Shown here one piece after another: positions 26,790 to 39,460 of a stretch of 64,000 bases of DNA. The translations under genes were made by a program, and so were the position numbers. Every line of letters starts with the position of its first letter. Position 1 is the first letter of the stretch. The notes under the pieces are model-generated. The model had not been told where the DNA came from. It did no database searches and worked only from the letters and a program-made list of their open reading frames with translations. The DNA comes from Callorhinchus milii (Eukaryota), in the NCBI RefSeq assembly GCF_018977255.1, contig NW_024704742.1:10170001-10234000 (forward strand), written 5' to 3'.

Positions 26790-27487
26790 TATGCCATGAC
26801 CGCTCTGCCTTCCCCCACCTCTGCAATATCGCCCTGCTCCACCACTGTCTCACACTGCAGGCTGCCGAAACCCTCATACAGGTATTCATAACATCAAGGC
26901 TTGACTGTGAAAACTCCTTGTTAGTTGGCCTCCCCAACTCCTCCCTCCACAGGCTGCAGATCATCCAGAACCTCGAAGCCCTTTCCTCTCTCGTACCAGG
27001 CTCCGTGACCCTACCACCTCCATCCTCGCCCGACTCCACTGGCTTCCCATCGCACAGAGGATACAGTTCAAGATCCTGGTCCTCACCTTCAAAGCCCTCC
27101 ATGGCCTCACTCCCCCTACTTCTGTGACCTCCTAACCTGCTACCATCCTGCCCACTCCCTCCGCTCTGCAGGCTCCGGCCTGCTCCCCGTCCTCTGTCTC
27201 GCCCGCCTCACCATTGGTGGGTGGGCCTTCTGCCACTCTGCCCCACCCTCTGGAACTCTTCTGGAACTCCATCCCACAGTCCCTCCGCCTCGCCCCTCCT
27301 TTGTCTCCTTCAAGACCCATCTCAAGATCCTCCTCTTCGCCCGTGCTTTTGGAAACTCTCCTTCCGCCTCTGCCCCCCCACCCTCCCCAATCCTGACCCC
27401 CAGCTCAGCTCCGAAACTCTAACTGCCTTGGAACGTCCTCCCGAAGTGAAAGGCGTTATACAAATGTAATTTTGTTGTTATTGTTGT
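26790..27487 (+). mobile_element. Older L2 LINE 3' fragment
   Basis: SRLD..NSLLVGLPNSSLHRLQIIQN remnant, C-rich 3' UTR, stem-loop tail, (TTG)n. Similar fragments lie at ~6645-6958, 11835-12125, 21240-21450, 24990-25420, 48375-49175, 54520-54935(-), 55245-55495 and 59005-59485(-). Confidence 0.85.
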
Positions 27488-28027
27488 CTTTGTTGAAGTG
27501 ATTCCATTATTACTGGCTGTTGCTGTGTACGTCTTCGATTCACATCGGACATAATTCACACATGGTCTCTGGTGTAACATGTTTTGACTGGTGTGGCTCA
27601 CACTGATGTTCATGAGCCACATGTGGGTGCGTTTGGAAACACTGGTCTAAGGCAACATTCTAGTGCCGTGTTGCATTGTCAGAGCTGTGTTTTGGATGAA
27701 TGTTAAACTGATGTTCCCATCTGCCTTTTCCTCCAAATAAGTTCATAATTCACCTGCTGGATGTTCGGGCAACCTTGTTATGTGCAAACTGACTGCCAAG
27801 TTAGCCTATAAAAATAGTCATCACATTTGATATTAATTACTGTAGAGCTATTTTTGACATAATAATACACTACAGATAATCAATTAATCAGTAGGAATGT
27901 TGGCCAGGACACTTGACAGAAACACTCTTCTCTTTCTGATTAGTATCATGGGATCTTTAATGCCTTTAATGAGAGTTTTTACTGAAGTGTCAGCTTGGAC
28001 TGTGAGTGCGCTCAAACCCAATCTAGG

Positions 28028-28414
28028 AACAACAACAACAACAACAACAAGATTCCATTTATAGAGCGCCTTTCACGTCAGGAGGACGTCCCAAGGCGCT
28101 GCACAGTTGGGTCATGACCCGAGCAGGGGGGAAATGGTCAGGGTGAGGGGAGGGAAGGGAGGGAGAGAGGAGGGGGGAAGTGGTCAGGGTGAGGGGAGGG
28201 AAGGGAGGGAGCGAGGAGGAGGAAGAGAGTCGAGAGGGGAGCTGAAGGCACGGTCAAAGAGAAAGGTTTTGAGACCGGCCTTGAAGGAGGAAAGGGAGGA
28301 AGCAAGGCGAAGGCACTGGGGGATGGAGTTCCAGAGCCTGGGGGCTGAGAGGCTGAAGGCCCGACCACCGATGGTAGGGCGGTTGGGGCGGGGGACGTGG
28401 AGCAGACCAGAGGA
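28028..28414 (-). mobile_element. Young L2 LINE 3' end, abutting a CR1-type tail at ~28414-28485
   Basis: Near-identical to the 3' end of the 40822-43031 copy ([17 protein letters not shown]...[10 protein letters not shown]). Confidence 0.92.
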
Positions 28415-29340
28415 ACATAGGAACTGGAGTAGGCCATTCAACCCCTTGAGCCTGTTCCACCATTCAATAGAATGGCTGATCTGCGGTTCGAACCTACTAT
28501 CTTGTGAGTGGTTCCCATCTGAATTCATCATTCAGCAGGTCTTTCACAAGCTCCTAGTGGGATTTCCCATTAAAACCAGAAAATCACTATTTTTAAGCAA
28601 TTGCCGCATGATAGACCCCAGCATAATACTTCTACACAGGCCCGTAAACCTTAAGTACCTACAAGCACCCCGAGACACCATCTGGTGTGAAGGGTGCTGT
28701 ATAAATGCATGTTGTTGTGGTGGTTTGGATACCCTTAAGCATGGTGATAGATTTCTGCATATGTTAGATACCTGGCTGACCAAAAAAAATTGTTGTTATA
28801 TTTACTAAATGGAACTGACATGTTTATAGCCAAATAACACTTAGAGATAACCACTTTAGGCTTTCATGAGAATCCATGCAGTATTACTATCAATTCCTGT
28901 AATGAGTATGAAAACTAAAAAATTCACAAAGGGCCCAGTTTACTAATGGCGGCTTCCCACAGAGCAAGTCAGTCTGATGAATATATCCCCTCCGAAAAGA
29001 GTGATAAATAAACTGGTGGATAATATTTGGTAAGCACAGTTCAGTGGGGAGCACATTCAGTCAGAGATCTTTGTCCTTTCCTATCAATCAGGGAGACAGT
29101 TGCTTCCCTCCAAGAAACCGGGAACTCATTATTGCATATCATAACATATTAGGTCCACCATGGACAGAGGCCAATTAGTATTTAAGTAAAAAATACACTC
29201 GGCTGTATTGGCTCAAAATTGCTCATGTTGTCTCGATATGTGAGATGATAAAGAAATTTAGAAATTCTGTTTCAACTTAGAAGCCAATCCTATTTAGAAT
29301 TGCAAAAGATGGCTTTCAAATTACTACTACTCTTATCATT

Positions 29341-29724
29341 AATAATGATAATCCTTGCATTTGATAACACGTCGTTGACACATCTCAAAGCGCTTCACAG
29401 AATATACTGTAAATTGAATTGGCTGTACATTTTGTGGGCGAAACGCGGCAGACAATTGCGCAACAGCAGTGTCCCACAAACAGTCATGGATTGAGTGACC
29501 AATTTATTATTATCATTATTTAAGACAGAATTCAAGAATTTTCCAAGGTATACACAATTGGCGATCTGCCAATTAACTAACGATTGGGTTCCTGCTTACT
29601 GCTTGGTAAACAGAGGCGTGTGGAGTAAGGAAACTTGTCCAATGTTTCGCTCTGCCTGGGAATCAAGCCCAGGTCCTTTCGCTTGCGAGGCGAGTGCTCT
29701 AACCACAAAGCTACAGGACTCCAC
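29341..29724 (-). mobile_element. Full-length tRNA-derived SINE
   Basis: Head, body and tail present. Confidence 0.88.
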
Positions 29725-31260
29725 TTGTATTAATTAACGCTTGAATTCATATCGAGGTTAAAAGTGTGCCACTGTACCATAGAAACAAACATTCTTGCCA
29801 GTTCATATCCATCATGTGAGTGACAAGTTATGATACTATATCAGCATCAATCAGCTACCATTCAGCAGTAAATACTGTATAGTTAAAGAGCCTTTGAATT
29901 TTTTCTTCTTGCAATGGACTATTCTAAGGTAGTATATGACCCTCTATTTCTTACCTGTTTCTTTCTTTTATTTTCTTAGGCATTATGTTTGATTTTTTTC
30001 CTTTTTTTTATTTCCTTATATTTCTGTATTCATATGTATCTGAAGACTGGGGGCAGTGTCTTTGTGGATCGGAGAGGGTAAATGCTAGATGCCAGCCAGG
30101 TCAGATAGCAAAGACTGATTTAATAAGACACCTGCCTGTAGACAAAAATCTGACAAGGCAAAAAAAGATGGACTTAGCGATCTGGTGGGCCTAAGCAGAA
30201 CATACGACAACAACAACTTGCATTGATACAGCAGCCTTCAAGCGGGGTAGTTTCCTAGAGCACTTAACATAGCAAAATGTAATACAATGAAAGAAGAAAC
30301 GTTTGTTTTGTAAATACTTTTACCAGGATGTGAAAGGCACTATATAATGTAATTTGTTGTTGTTGTTGTTTTACATAGAATTCACATTTCTGTAAAAAAT
30401 CCATCAACAAACTATAAATACTAATTTATATTTATACCAAATAGACATGGCTCATAAACAAGGCAGTGTTTCCTCCTGTCAGAAATGCCCATTGGCTTAG
30501 TAATACATATCAATATTCAGAAGAAAACCTTACACTTTTCCACAAGCAAAATATAAATGCTTAATCATCACAGTAAACCTTCCACTTTCCTTTGTCTTCT
30601 CTCTAGCTTCCTATTTTAATAATCTGTTCTTTTAAGTTGCTGGATAAAATACAGAGCATTGCTGACATATGCTGTTTTCTGAATAGTTTCTGAGTATTTG
30701 TCCCTCGTTTCTCCGTTTACTTAACTTTGCTTTGAAAGCCAATAATGAGGAGATTCAAAGGTTTGTATAATAGGAATTCAGATTTCACTGATTTCCAGCT
30801 TCGATAAAATCTTTCAGGAACCAAAACATATGACTAAAATAATTATGACCTGACTGCTAACCTTTTAAACAGATAGCTAACGCTCCTGTATAGAGGTGTG
30901 CATATCCCTATATGGAGATTGCTAATATCCCTATGAAGAGACTAACATACCCACAAGAAGCTTCTAATACCCATATGAAGAGAATTCTTCCACCCCTGTA
31001 AAAAGACTTGCTTAATAGCTCATCCACCTGATCCAGGCTGACAGCACAAACTGCACCATCTTTTGTTTTCTTTGTTATCCTCATTTATTTTTTTTAAACC
31101 CTTCTCTTTTCTCCTCCCAGTCAATAAAGACAAGTAAATGTTTCCTTTACTGCAAGTTTTAAAATAAGAAGGTGGGGGACGAAAGGTTGATTATGCATTT
31201 TCTCACAGAATTGGATAGTCCTTTGAAAAGTAGCAAAGAAATATAATAGAGCTTGACTTC

Positions 31261-31646
31261 ATAATAATAATAATCATAATAATAATCCTTGCAATTTGAT
31301 ATAATGCCTTATCATGTTGTTCAGACGTCTCAAAGCGCTTCACAGGATACACTGTAAAGTGAATTGATTGTAAATGTTGTGGGCGGAACGCAGCATTCAA
31401 TTGCGCACTGTAGTGTCCATAAACAGTCGTGGATTGAGTGACCAAATTATTTTTATTTATTTTGAAGGAATTATTACCCTCGGAAAGGTGATCCACCAAT
31501 CAACTAACAACCGGATTCATACTTACTGCTAGGTAAACAGAAGCATGTGGAGTAAGGAAACCTGCCTAACATTTTGCCTGGCCTTTGAATCAAATCGGGT
31601 CCTCTTGTTTGCGAGGCGAGTGCTTTAACCAGTATGCTACAGGACT
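31261..31646 (-). mobile_element. Full-length tRNA-derived SINE
   Basis: Head, body and tail present. Confidence 0.85.
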
Positions 31647-33564
31647 GTAAAGTGGATTGACTGTGTATTTTATGGACGAAACGCAGAGGCCAATTCATCT
31701 ATATACTGGGCTAGATTATCTGCACTTGCTGTTTCTATCTACGGAAGTGCGGGCACATTTTTCCCCACTACATATTGAATTGCTATTAAATTCCCATAGA
31801 TTTTGGGGCAATGCTGGAGATTAAGTTCTGGTCATTTTAAAGGCTTCAGAAGAGATCCCTTTGACCAATTTGACAACTCTGATGCAGTTTACCTGGAGCA
31901 AGAAATGGGGAGCTGGCTCAGTTAGATGTACCATTTGGAGGTGTTCCACTGGACATCCCTTGCATTATTTAATTGACCAAAAATCTGCCAATCTCATTGT
32001 CTCCCCATCAAGGTTACAAATTAATGTTTCCAGTTGAACTTTCAGTTTCCAGCTAGCAGGAAGAACACTATTCTTGAGGAAACAGGTTGCCGTGCTCCAC
32101 TTTGTCCCATTATGGGAGCTGGCAATATGACTTTGTACTGTTGGTTTGTGCCTTTCTAGTCTAGCTATGGATTGACTATGGTACGAGGTTATAAGCATAA
32201 ACTGTGCTCTTTGGTATCAGTGTTCGGAGACCAAGAGTAGATTTATGCTTGTCCCCTCCCATTCCTCTACTTCACTCGCCATTTCCCCCAATCCATTGCA
32301 GGCTTTATATCTGTTCTGGCGTCAGTTTCCATATGGACTATGTTTCCATACGTCATTGTTTCCTGTTCTTATACTAGGTCAACATTTATATACATCCAGA
32401 GGGACACAACAGCTGCAAGAACTCACATTTCACCTTCCAAGTGCACTGAAGCCCAAAATTAGCATTTGGAAACTCCAACAAAACATAAATCAGAGCCCAG
32501 TTTGTGTGAATGTAAATCTCAGCCAGAGAACTTCACAAGGTCCCAATAAAGCTTCCAAACTTGCCGCCCAGAATGTCATCCAGAGCGCCTGAGTTTGTAT
32601 CTCTGTCTTCCTTGACTTTCAATGAATTGAATGGGAGAGTATTTTCATTATGTCTCAATTACTCACTAACTTTTTGTTGCAGTCCACACACGACACCCTC
32701 TCTTTCTCTCTGTCCCACAGGTGTGTGGTTCTTGGATAAGACTGCTTGACCCTCCAGCACAAGAGTGAAGGTGTGGATGTTGGCAGCAGCCTGTTTGGAT
32801 CTAACAGTGGGGAAAATCCAGTTATCAAACGCAAGGTTAAAGGTTAGTCTCAGACTGTGGAATTCCTGCGATTACATCAATGGAGTGGGTGGAAGCCTGG
32901 ACATATATTGGAAACAACAAGCAATGCATCGTCAGATGTAGCCATCAAACACTGGAGAGTGGTGAATAGATGTAAACCTCACCAGAGGATCCCCCCCACC
33001 CCCCCGTCATCCAACATGTGTTTGACATATGGAATTTAGGCAGTTGTGTATGATGGTGTTCACACAGCTAGGCGTGACTGGTATATGTATCTTTATTTTG
33101 GTCAGCTGGGTGATTGACACACTCGGTAACACGTCACCAAGCTTAAGAGTTTACCTATCTATAGTTTCTACTATAAAAATAATAATAATAATTTGCACAC
33201 TCAATCCAAGGCTGTCTGTGGGGTACTGCTGTGCACAATTAGCTGCTGGTTTTCGCCCGCAAAACACACAATCAATTGACCTTACAGCAATAATAATAAT
33301 CCTTGCATTTGATATAGCAACTTATCACATCTACTAGACGTCTCAAAGATCTTCACAGAATGTACTGTAAAGCACTTTGAGATATCTCAATGACGTGTTA
33401 AGCACTATATAAAATGCAAGGATTATTATTATTATTACTAGTCTGGAATGGAGTGTGTGCTCTCTCTGGAGGGACACCTTCCAGTTATCTAATTCCAGAG
33501 TGTTTAGGAGCATATCAGTAAGAAAGTTGTCACTGTGTCTAGTCCACAAAACAATATGAGCACA

Positions 33565-33810
33565 TAACGCAAAATACTGCAGATGCTGGAAATCTGAAAA
33601 CAAAAACAGAAGTCGCTGGGAACACTCAGCAGGTCAGGCAGCATCTATGAAGAAAGGAAAGTGAGTCAACGTTTCGGGTACATAACCCTTCGTCAGAAAT
33701 GGGTAGAGGACAGGGGATGATTAACCCATCAATCTCTGTCCTCTACCCCATTTTCTCCTTTGTCTTCCTTGCCCTACCTCCCCCTCTTTGTTATCGCTTA
33801 AAAGCCTCTC
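33565..33810. mobile_element. Penelope-like element terminal remnant with inverted segment
   Basis: aaatactgcagatgctggaaatctg...cactcagcaggtcaggcagcatct...aacgtttcggg...cccttcgtcag resembles the shark Penelope-like terminus (from recall). It carries a hammerhead-like core on - and a junction hairpin at 33697-33753. Confidence 0.7.
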
Positions 33811-33955
33811 CCTCCCAAAACGCCCACAAACAGCAGTCAATTTTATTTCAGGGATTGTTGGAAAGGACAGTAGGGGAAATTCCCTTTTTTTTAGAGTTCG
33901 GCAGGATCTTTAATATCTATGTGAACCACCAGACAGGACCTCGGTTCAAAACCTT

Positions 33956-34183
33956 ATGGAGTCCTGTAGCTTAATAGTTAAAGCACTCAACTCGCAAGCG
34001 AGAGGACCCGGGCAGGGCGAAAGGTTGGTCAAGTTTCCTTACTCCACAATCCTCTGTTTACCCAGCAGTAAGTAGGAACCCATTGTTAATCGATCGACGG
34101 ATTGCATTTCCGGGGGTAATAATTCCTTAAAAATAATAATAATAATAAATTGGTCACTCAATCCATGACTGTTTGTGGGACAC
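33956..34183 (+). mobile_element. tRNA-derived SINE truncated at the left duplication breakpoint
   Basis: Breaks off at gtttgtgggacac and runs directly into the L2 ORF. Confidence 0.85.
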
Positions 34184-35898
34184 CTGAACTCATCCTATCC
34201 CTAAAACCAACCACCTGCTCCCTTGACCCCATCCCCACTCCACTCCTTATCTCCCAGCTCCATTTTCTTGCCCCACACATCACTGACATCATAACCTGTC
34301 CCTCTCCTCTGGCTCTGTCCCCATTCCATTAAAAACTGCCATCATCACGCCCACCCTGAAAAAACCCTCCCTTGATGCGTCGCAGCTATCAAGCTACCGG
34401 CCCATCTCCAACCTCCCCTTTCTCTCCAAGGTCTTGGAAAGAGTTGTCGCCTCCCAACTGCGCTCTTTCCTCTCCACCCATTCTCTTTTTGAACCCCTTC
34501 AGTCAGGTTTCCGTGCTGCTCATAGCACAGAAACTGCCCTGGTCAAGGTCACCAATGATATCCTGACATCTGTGACCAGGGCTCCCTCTGTCTCCTCGTC
34601 CTCCTCGACCTATCGGCAGCATTCGATACGGTCGACCACGCTATCCTACTCCACCGCTTGTCCTCCCACCTCAACCTTCAAGGCACTGTCCTTGAATGGT
34701 TTAGCTCTTACCTTTCCCACCGTCTTCACTTCGTCTCAACGAATGGCTTCTCCTCCACCCCCCGTACTGTCTCATGTGGTGTCCCTCAGGGCTCTGTCCT
34801 CGGTCCCCTCCTCTTCACCCTCTATATGCTCCCCCTCGGTGACATCATCCGCAAACATGGGGTTAACTTCCACATGTATGCGGATGACACCCAACTCTAC
34901 CTTTCCTCCTCTACTCTCAACTCCACGACCACCGATGTCCTGACAGCCTGCCTGTCCGACATCGAGTCCTGGACGAGAGACAACTTTCTTCAGCTCAACG
35001 TGCGAAAAACCGAGGCCCTCCTGATTGGCTCACGTCAGCGCCTCCGCACCTCAGGCGCTGACACCATCAGCATCCAAGGCTGCACTCTCCACCTCTCAAA
35101 GCCAGTCAGGAACCTCGGCGTTTTGTTCGACCCTGAGCTGTCCTTTCTCCCTCACATCCGCACCACAACTGGCACCGCCTTCCATCACCTCCGGAATATC
35201 GCCAGACTACGGCACTACCTCACCCCTCACGCTGCTGAAACCCTGGTTCACGCCTTTGTCACCTCAAGGCTGGACTATGGGAACTCTCTCCTCGCCGGCC
35301 TTCCCGCCACCTCCCTCCACAAGCTGCAGGTCATTCAGAACTCTGCAGCTCGTGTACTGTCCCGCACCAGGCTTCGGGACCACATCACTCCTACCCTCGC
35401 TCGCCTCCACTGGCTCCCCATCCCCCAGAGGATTGATTTCAAGATCCTCATCCTCACCTACAAGGCCATTCACGGCCTTGCTCCCTCCTACCTCTCCAAC
35501 CTACTATCCCCCTACCTGCCCGTACCCTCCGTTCCTCTGGCTCCGGTCTGCTCCACGTCCCCCGCCCCAACCGCCCTACATCGGTGGTCGGGCCTTCAGC
35601 CTCTCAGCCCCCAGGCTCTGGAACTCCATCCCCCAGTGCCTTCGCCTTGCTTCCTCCCTTTCCTCCTTCAAGGCCGGTCTCAAGCCTTCAGCTACCCTCT
35701 CGACTCTCTTCCCCCTCCTCGCTCACTCCCTTCCCTCCCCTCACCCTGACCATTTCCCCCTCCTCTCTCCCTCCCTTCCCTCCCCTCACCCTGACCATTT
35801 CCCCCCTGCTCGGGTCATGACCCAACTGTGCAGCGCCTTGGGACGTCCTCCTGACGTGAAAGGCGCTCTATAAATGGAATCTTGTTGTTGTTGTTGTT
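34184..35898 (+). mobile_element. Young L2 LINE copy A (RT domain to 3' end, frameshifted)
   Basis: [28 protein letters not shown] and YADDTQLY motifs; tail followed by (TTG)n. Confidence 0.95.
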
Positions 35899-38792
35899 CT
35901 CTAAACTCTCATTCACTCTTTTCCCGTTTTCTCCTCTTATTGATACGGAACCTCGGCATCCTGTTCGACCTACAACTGTCCATCATCTCCCACATCTGTG
36001 CCATGACCCGCTCTGCCATTCCCCGCCTCCGCAACATTTCCCTGCTCTGCCATTGTCCTCTCACCACAGGCCGCTGAGATCCTCATCCATGTGTTCATCA
36101 TATCCAGGCTTGACTACACAAAACTGTCTGCTTGTCGGCCTCCTCAACTCCTCCTTCCACATCATCCAGAACTCTGCAGACCGTGGCCTCTCCCGCATTA
36201 TCACCCCCATCATCGCCAGATTCCAGTGGCTCCCCATCACCCAGAGGATACAGTTCAAGATCCTGGTCCTCACCTTCAAAGCCCTCCATGGCCTTGCTCC
36301 TCCCTACTTCTGAGACCTCCAAACCCCCTACCATCCTGTCCACCCCTCCGCTCAATGGGCTCCAGCCTTCTTTACGTCCCCCACGTTGCCCGCCCCACCA
36401 TTGTCGGGTGGGCCTTCTGCCTCTCTGCCCCCACGCTCTGAACTCCATGCCACAGACCCTCCACCTCGCCCCCTCCCTTGCTTCCTTCAAGACCAGTCTC
36501 AAAACCCTCTTCTTCGACTGTGCCTTTGATCACCCCCCTACCTCTACCCTCCCCACCCTCCTCCCCTCCTGATCCCAACCACCAGCTTGGGTGTGGATCC
36601 TTGACTGTCCAGTGTCTTGGGACGTCTTCCTGACGTGAAAGGCGCAATACAAATGTAATTTGTTGTTGTTTCTTTTCCTCTCCTAGCTCTTTCTTAATGT
36701 CATGGACGTTCTTTGTGCAGCGCCATCCTATTTGCATATAACGTAGCTCAATTGGGCTTTGAACTTCTATTGAACTGATAGAAAATACAGTTACTTCTCT
36801 CCCCAAAATCTGGTAGTTGATGCAGAACAGGATGCAAACACGCTTTTGGTTTTGAGAGCAGCTAACTGAACAAAATACTATAGCTCTGTGCGTCTCCTAC
36901 AAGTCCTATTTCAGGAGTTGTGTTTTTCAAACTGCAGTTTGAATTTTTAGTTCAAAACTGTATTTTGAGAAGAAAAACATATTTTTTTCAAACTGTGGTT
37001 TTGTACTGAGAACAGTATTTGCTTCATTTAGACAGATATTATGAACAAAAGGAACAAGCAATGCGCTAAAAACAGAAGCAGCAGAAGTCTTTTGAGTTTG
37101 CAAAATGTTTCCACTGACCTTATGCTTGGTCACCTGAGTAAGACATAAAACTCTGCATCTACTTAGACTTGACGTGCTCAGCAGGAGTGGTGCTGATTCT
37201 GGTTAAAGAAAATCTTAATGCTAGACTGCCCCAGACAGCTTGAACAGCTTTCAGGTGCTGCTGTTGAGCACTGTATGATAGGTGCCTCTACTCTGCCACG
37301 TGGCATATTCCCCAAGTCAAAGTGCTTTAAGGGTTTACCTTGCAATCATATTGTAGTTGGAAAATCGCACACCTTTCTCACTGTTCTCCCACAGACCGAA
37401 ACTTGATGAAGTACTTTTAAAACCTTTCCGATGTCTGAAAACCTTACCCTGTGAAACCATGGTGTTGAACGTTGAAAGGTGGAACATTCTTTGATTTGGT
37501 CTTGGTTTGGAAGCTGCTTTTCCACAGTTGGTACAAAGATGGCTTCGTAATTTATGATTTTTCCACGATTCTGTGTGGATCTTAAATAATAATTCATGAA
37601 TAATGTTAATTATTATAATAATAATAATTTGGTAGTCAATCCACGAGTGTTGTGGGACACTGCTGTGCGCAATTGGCTGCTGCGTTTCGCCCACAAATAT
37701 ACAGTCACTACATTCACAGTATATTCTGTGAAACGCTTTGAGATGCTGCAAAGCATGCTAACACGCTATATCAAATGCAAGGATTATTATTATAAATTAT
37801 ATTATCTGTATATCTGTAGACAAGTGTAGCAGCCAATTTGTGGGGCTTCAACCCACAACCTTCTGACTCAGAGCAGAGTGCTACCAACTGACCTAGGTTG
37901 ACACGCTAATATGTCTCTAGATTCGCATTCCTCCTCTTGTTGTTATTTACACGATAGTATGAGCAGTGGCCTGAGAGCAGTTCCCCATGCACAAGCTCAC
38001 ATGGGACTGGGGTAACATGCCAGGATATGTCATAGTGAGTAACAAGTTCTGAAAGTAGACTGGGAACAAATGTTTCATACCATGTTGTTGGGTTCGAAGG
38101 GCAGTTCTAGCCAAGCTCCACTGGCTCCCTATCACTGAACGGGTCGACTTCAAGATCCTCACACTCATTTTCAAATCCCTTCCCACCCTGGCACATCCCT
38201 ACTTCTCCGCCTGCTTATCCCCCAACCAACAGCCTGCTGCCTCCGCTCGACTGACTCTGGCCTTCTGCATATCCCTCTTGCCCTCCGATCCACCATTGGT
38301 GACCATGCTTTCAGCCACTGCGCCCCGAAACTCTGGAACACTCTTCCTCTATCCCTCTGTCTTGCCCCTTGCTTCCTCATTTTCAGGTCACGCCTGAAGA
38401 CCTACCTATTCGACAGTGCCTACGGTCAATCAACCCTTACCTGGCTCGGCATCGTTCTCCGCCACTGTCAAGCTCTCTGGGACGCTACCCTGCGTGAGGG
38501 GCGCTATATCAATGCAAGTTGTTGTTGTGTGGCCTGTAGAGGAATTAATCTCGCTGTTTAACCTGGGACAAAGATGTGGGCAGGAACACCAGCTTATTCA
38601 ATTTCACCACAATGTAAAATCAGGAAACAGTCGCTTGTATTCTATGCTTTATACTCATTTAATTACTAAGCCAAAACAACAAAGACCTTTGCATTGGTTC
38701 AATAAACAGGTTACAATAGGCAATAAGCAATTCGTGCTCACATACACGTGACAATATCAAAGTTCACAGGCAACAGACAAAATTCTCTGATT
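34184..38792 (+). repeat. 4.6-kb duplicated block, copy 1 (copy 2 at 41301-45927)
   Basis: Near-identical throughout, including non-repeat sequence. The same ORFs recur with an offset of about 7.13 kb. Confidence 0.97.
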
Positions 38793-38822
38793 GAAAAGTG
38801 CAACCACAATTTTTCTGTAGAA

Positions 38823-38970
38823 TCTGCTATAAACAGCGCCCTCTGCTATAAATCACTAAAAAAATGTAGTTTGTTGCCCTGGGTCTCACCGCTGTTTACC
38901 TGCTGTTACTGTGCGCGAAGCGGCGCAAGCGGGAAATGGCTTCTCCGCTCCACTCAGAGGCCTTGCTGTT
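38823..38970 (+). promoter_or_regulatory. Putative SH2D4A promoter / CpG-containing element
   Basis: Local CpG cluster (gtgcgcgaagcggcgcaagcgggaaatggc) about 1 kb upstream of the ATG. CTCF-like core cagcgccctctgct at 38834-38847; E2F-like gcgggaaa. Confidence 0.45.
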
Positions 38971-38974
38971 GAGA

Positions 38975-39460
38975 TTGTCTGTGTATCTCTCCACCCTCTA
39001 TGTGTTTGTGAGTCTCCATGTGAGTGTATTTGTTTCTCTCTGTGTGTGAGTGTCTATGTGAGTGTGTCTCTCTCTGTTTGTGAGTATCTCTCTTAGTGTG
39101 TCTCTCTCCTCTGTATGTGTGAGTATGTCTGTGTGTCTCCTATATATATTATATATATGTGTGTGTGTTTGAGTGTCTCTGTGTGAGTGTGTGTTTGTGT
39201 CTCTCTTCTGCTTGTGTGTGTCTCTGTGTCATTGTGTGAGTGTGTGTGTGTCTCTGTGTGTGAGTGTGTGTCTCTCTGTGTTTGTGTGTGAGTGTGTGTC
39301 TCTCTCTGTCTGTGTGTGTGTCTGTCTCTGTCTGTGTGTGAGTGTCTCTCTCTGTGTGTGAGTGTGTGTGCCTCTCCGTCTCTCTGTGTGTGTTTGTGTG
39401 TGAATGTGTGTGTCTCTCTCTGTGTCTGTTTGTGAGTCTCTCTCTGTGTCTGTGTGAGTG
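38975..39460. repeat. Compound (TG)n/(TC)n low-complexity tract
   Basis: Direct inspection. It produces the spurious His/Thr and Val/Cys ORFs. Confidence 0.95.

Noticed and set aside
28107..28808. 233-aa Gly/Arg-rich ORF
   Set aside because: Antisense read-through of an L2 3' end into a CR1 tail and flanking DNA.
30877..31015. CRISPR-like array
   Set aside because: Eukaryotic context, degenerate units, no spacers and no cas genes.
35025..35873. Ser/Pro/Thr-rich ORFs of 270-280 aa (also 56986-57810)
   Set aside because: Alternative frames of the C-rich L2 sequence.
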